A stretch of DNA of 62,936 nt, counting the filler, from Perkinsus chesapeaki ATCC PRA-425 (lineage: Eukaryota; Protista; Perkinsozoa), in the NCBI GenBank assembly GCA_013115145.1. It is 8 parts of 8 records of this genome, joined end to end, with 100 filler letters (N's around TTAATTAATTAA, not from the genome) between each part and the next. Parts side by side here need not be neighbours in the genome. Positions count along the whole stretch, not along the records: positions 47,189 to 61,442 come from JAAPAO010000758.1; positions 61,543 to 62,936 come from JAAPAO010001988.1; 6 more parts are not named here. One strand, given 5' to 3'. A model generated the notes under the pieces. It was not told where the DNA came from. It did not search any database and was given only the letters and a program-made list of their open reading frames with translations. Each line of letters opens with the position of its first letter. Position 1 is the stretch's first letter. Positions 59,391-62,936 of this stretch are shown here, one piece after another. The position numbers and the translations under genes were made by a program.

Positions 59391-61833
59391 CTCATGTCTT
59401 ATTGCATGCTCCATAAGGAAATTTGCAGTCAATTTCCTTCACACGGCTGCTGAAGTTGGCGATAAGTTTATTATTATTGTGAGTACAGTAGCTACGTTAA
59501 TTACGGTAAAATGTTACCACTTAGCTAGTATTGTCATTTTCAGTCTGCCCACTCAGAGAAGTGTGGTGTCTTAGAATAATCATATGCAGCAGTAGTAATT
59601 AGAGATCATCCTAATCATACCAGCTCTCAGCTGTTGAGTTTGTCCGAAGTTACCAATAACTTGGAGGTGTGATTGAGAAAGGTTCATGGAGTTACGCAGG
59701 CTTATAAGCTTATGCGTGCTTGAGCTTAGTCCCAGGCCAAAATATATTTGCTTGGAACAACTGATTTGCCGAGTCTTCAAGACTCTGTTAAGCGTCTTAT
59801 TAAGACTATGTCGTGGGATAAGTTATTCCTAAACATATCCGAAAACATTCCCTAAACGATTCATGCATTTTAATTATATGATTCATTGAGCGAATCCTCC
59901 ATTTTGCCTTTAGATGGGCAGTTGTTAGTCGTCTTTTCGGTGGTCCTACCCCCCAGAAGCTCTACACCGGCCCATTACGTGTGTATCTCAATCATCGTTC
60001 ATAGTCTGATAGTTTGAAGAGTCCTTCAAGGCTTTGTTGGGAAGCTCCGGGTTCAACGCACAGGAATTGCTTGGAAAGCACGGTTTTGATTACCTAATAG
60101 ATGAGACGAGAAACAACAATATTTCCTTGTCGTACTGGGCCAACCGAAGCTGACACTCTCCTACGGTCAGGAAACTCAGCAACAACGAAGTCGCGTGGAC
60201 GCGAAATGGGTGGGAATGATAAGTGCCAACCGACGAGAGCGATTTCGTTGCCAGACTGCGCGAGAGTTCCAGTTGGAGATATGAGTGGTGAGGATTTGGT
60301 GAAGCGAGCATGCCAAAGGCTAGGCAAATCCCGGGAAGGTTGGTTTGGCCAACTTGGTCGTTGGTAGAAAACATATCTGAAGTTGGCAAAGTTACGCGAA
60401 CAGACGTTAGGAATCGATGATACTTCAAGCCGCATATTGTCCCTAATGGGGAACAAAAATTTAAAAAATAAGCGCAGCTTGAGGTATCATTCCATATTAG
60501 AAAAGCTCGCACATTCTCGAAGATGCGCTGAACCGAAAATTTGAGAACTCGCGTGGGGTCCCGAAGATCGATAATGAAATAGCCTCTGCATCGTGAGCTC
60601 CGGATCTTACGCTCCTCAGAGGAGGCAACATGGTCGCAATATCTGAAGGATCAATGGCTTGATGGTCGCGGCAGCTTGGCTAGCTTATCAGAGTCCGACT
60701 GGGATAAACTCAGAATGCCGATCGGGCTTCGAGCGGAGCTAAAAAAGTGAATTATACCGCGTTCTGGAAGCGTTTTGGAAGCCTGTTCAGGCTGGTTCGC
60801 GAAGGCGAAACGAAGGTTTGTAGAAGCCATGAGAGAGAAGTCATCACCGGTAGCGACTAAAATTGCATTTCCTTTGCTTTCGCTTGTCTCGATGAACAGG
60901 CTCGAAAATGCAAGGTAGCGGAAATGCGAGGCTCGACGGGTAAGTTCGGAGTGGCTCATGCTCTCAACCCTGAAGGATCAATAGTGCCAGTTGGCCATGA
61001 GAACTCGAGCAACTTTACGTAGTATATCGCTTCTCGAAAGGCGCAATAGCGATGCCGCATCCGAGTCTTCATTTCATACGAAAGAAAAGAAGTGGCCTAC
61101 GAAGGAAAAGCGATACTTCCACCCACTCAGTTCCTTTGGCGTCGGGCCGTCGCCGACGGCCCGTCGGCAGAAAACGAAGTCTCAGTTTTCAGGTTCAGGA
61201 ACTTCGAGTCACCGTCATGGGGAGGAGTGGACTTTTCTAACAAGCACACTGAGATGCATGGTATGAAGGAAACTAATGTGAGTCGAAAGAAAGTTTGTTT
61301 AATAAATACAAGAACTGCATTGTCTGAGACAGGAGATTCCTGAATGTTTAACATTCGGGCATTTGATGCCTGAACTTTCGAGATATTCCTCCGAGCTGGT
61401 TGAATATGCTAGTCGTAGCTCGACTGGCGCCACCAGTCTGGTNNNNNNNNNNNNNNNNNNNNNNNNNNNNNNNNNNNNNNNNNNNNTTAATTAATTAANN
61501 NNNNNNNNNNNNNNNNNNNNNNNNNNNNNNNNNNNNNNNNNNAACGATGGGAGGATGAATGAATTCGAAAAGATCAGCACTGTACACAGACTAAGGTAAC
61601 TGAAGACCGCTGTGGCGCACACCACTGATCGCCTACATAGACTATACGGCCGAAGTTTCCCTCCTGCTTGGGGTTCAACCTAAGCAATGGTACAAGGAGC
61701 GCGAAATATAGCGATTTGTTGCTCACAACTTGGCTCTAACGAGTTCTTCTTCTTCAGTAGCCAACGGGAAGGGAACGTAAATCACTATGTATCCAACAAC
61801 CGTCCGAAACAGAGTGATAGGTGGCTTATCTGC

Positions 61834-62061
61834 TCATATGCAGTAACGACCGGTGGTTGCCGCACTTGACTTGAAGTTTCTTACCTTCGCACTCTTGTCG
61901 GTATCAACTGCTACATAGCAGGGTATACCTTCCTTGAACTTGCACTTGATGAGCTTAACACCTTTATATTCATCACCATCCATATAGTTACGATATTTGA
62001 TACTTTCAGTAAACGAAAGTACGACGAGATTGGAAAACCAGAGGTAGAAGAATGCCCTCAT
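61834..62061 (-). CDS. Possible small secreted protein, first exon
   Basis: MRAFFYLWFSNLVVLSFTES signal-like start; donor-like gtaaga after DKSAK. Confidence 0.3.
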   Translation of the reverse strand: MRAFFYLWFSNLVVLSFTESIKYRNYMDGDEYKGVKLIKCKFKEGIPCYVAVDTDKSAKVRNFKSSAATTGRYCI

Positions 62062-62936
62062 GTATTTGGTATTAGCAAGATACCTAAGTAACGATACAGA
62101 CACCAAGTGACTTTGAGTTCCACTACAACATGATGCTCTGCCAAAGAAGGCAATAAAGATCGAGACCAATCCATCCGCCTTCCCCAGATGGAGCCTGTCT
62201 CCTGTCCCAGAGACGACCCGAAACCCGAGATGTGCCCAAACATGTCTCTATGTACGCCTCTGCATGGTCCACAGTGTCAGCAACTCAGGATTCGGTTTGT
62301 AGGGGATCATACGTCATTGGGACGTTGAGCTCGCTCGGACAGGCACGACGATGTTCAATTTGGAAGGCGACGCCGCTTGGGAGAATCAAACAAGCAAACA
62401 ACGAGAAGGGCGCTGTTGTGAGACTGCTAGTCGCACGATTTTCTTCCTTCTTTCGGCGTTATAGCGTATAAACAAAAGATTGAGTCAGTATCATGGATGT
62501 ATTGATTTCGTTAAAATAGGATATAGCAGTTGTTCTGATGCAAGGTATATTATGAAGGACAGAGTGCAATATTTTGAGGAGCACATATACTGGAGCTGAT
62601 TGCGCCTTCTTCGTAAAGATCCTGAACTTCAGATTCTGAAGTTCAGAGCGAATTATTCGTTTATGGATTTCGGCACATCACACTTATTTCTGCTCACTCG
62701 TGTGGTGTTGTCAATCGTAGCCATTAGTTTACCTTCTTTGTGCTTAACCCGGGAAAGCGATACAATTGAGGTACTCTCTAGTCCGTAGATATACCTCGTT
62801 TTCTGCGCCTGCCCTGTGCCAGGGCCTAAAATCCCATCGAACACGGGAGTGCGGGAGGAATATTCAAACCCGAAACCCGAACACACTCCAAAAGTTGAGC
62901 GGGAAGAGGTTTCGGTTTGGGTATCCATGTCAAAGC

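Noticed and set aside
60090-60959. Overlapping minus-strand ORFs
   Set aside because: No recognisable motifs or consistent exon chain could be built by eye.
62600-62928. Aspartic-protease-like snippets (FDGILGPG on the minus strand; MDFGTSHL on the plus strand)
   Set aside because: The two motifs are on opposite strands, neither is canonical, and the window ends here.

Overview
Intron-rich eukaryotic nuclear DNA, most likely from a Perkinsus-like alveolate. This is an inference from the nuclear split COX2B, the compact genes with many short GT-AG introns and the lineage-specific small secreted proteins. The window is not one locus: seven 100-nt spacers (44 N + TTAATTAATTAA + 44 N) join eight separate contigs or scaffolds. 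Contig 1 (1-20132) holds housekeeping genes: COX2B, organellar IF3, a signal-peptide JmjC dioxygenase, an atypical kinase, DNAAF6/PIH1D3, an ERK7-type MAPK, a GPCPD1-like GDPD and a truncated GH27 alpha-galactosidase. Contig 2 is an LTR retrotransposon with a textbook -1 gag-pol frameshift signal, a DIRS-like RNase H and a Tudor-like integrase tail. Contig 3 (25470-39419) carries an inverted pair of intronless multi-pass membrane proteins with a TIR-like domain. Their 5' parts are about 97% identical and their C-terminal membrane domains only about 45% identical. They flank SmG, a PAP2 phosphatase, a CBL-like EF-hand protein and an ELAV-like RRM protein. Contigs 4-6 are transposon fragments: two gypsy-like integrases, a gag with a CCCH zinc finger and a Chapaev/Transib/RAG1-like DDE transposase. 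Contig 7 has MFS transporters, small secreted proteins and a probable beta-propeller protein. The most promising candidate for an undescribed system is the TIR-membrane paralog pair. Exon boundaries were read by eye, so the ends of multi-exon genes are approximate.
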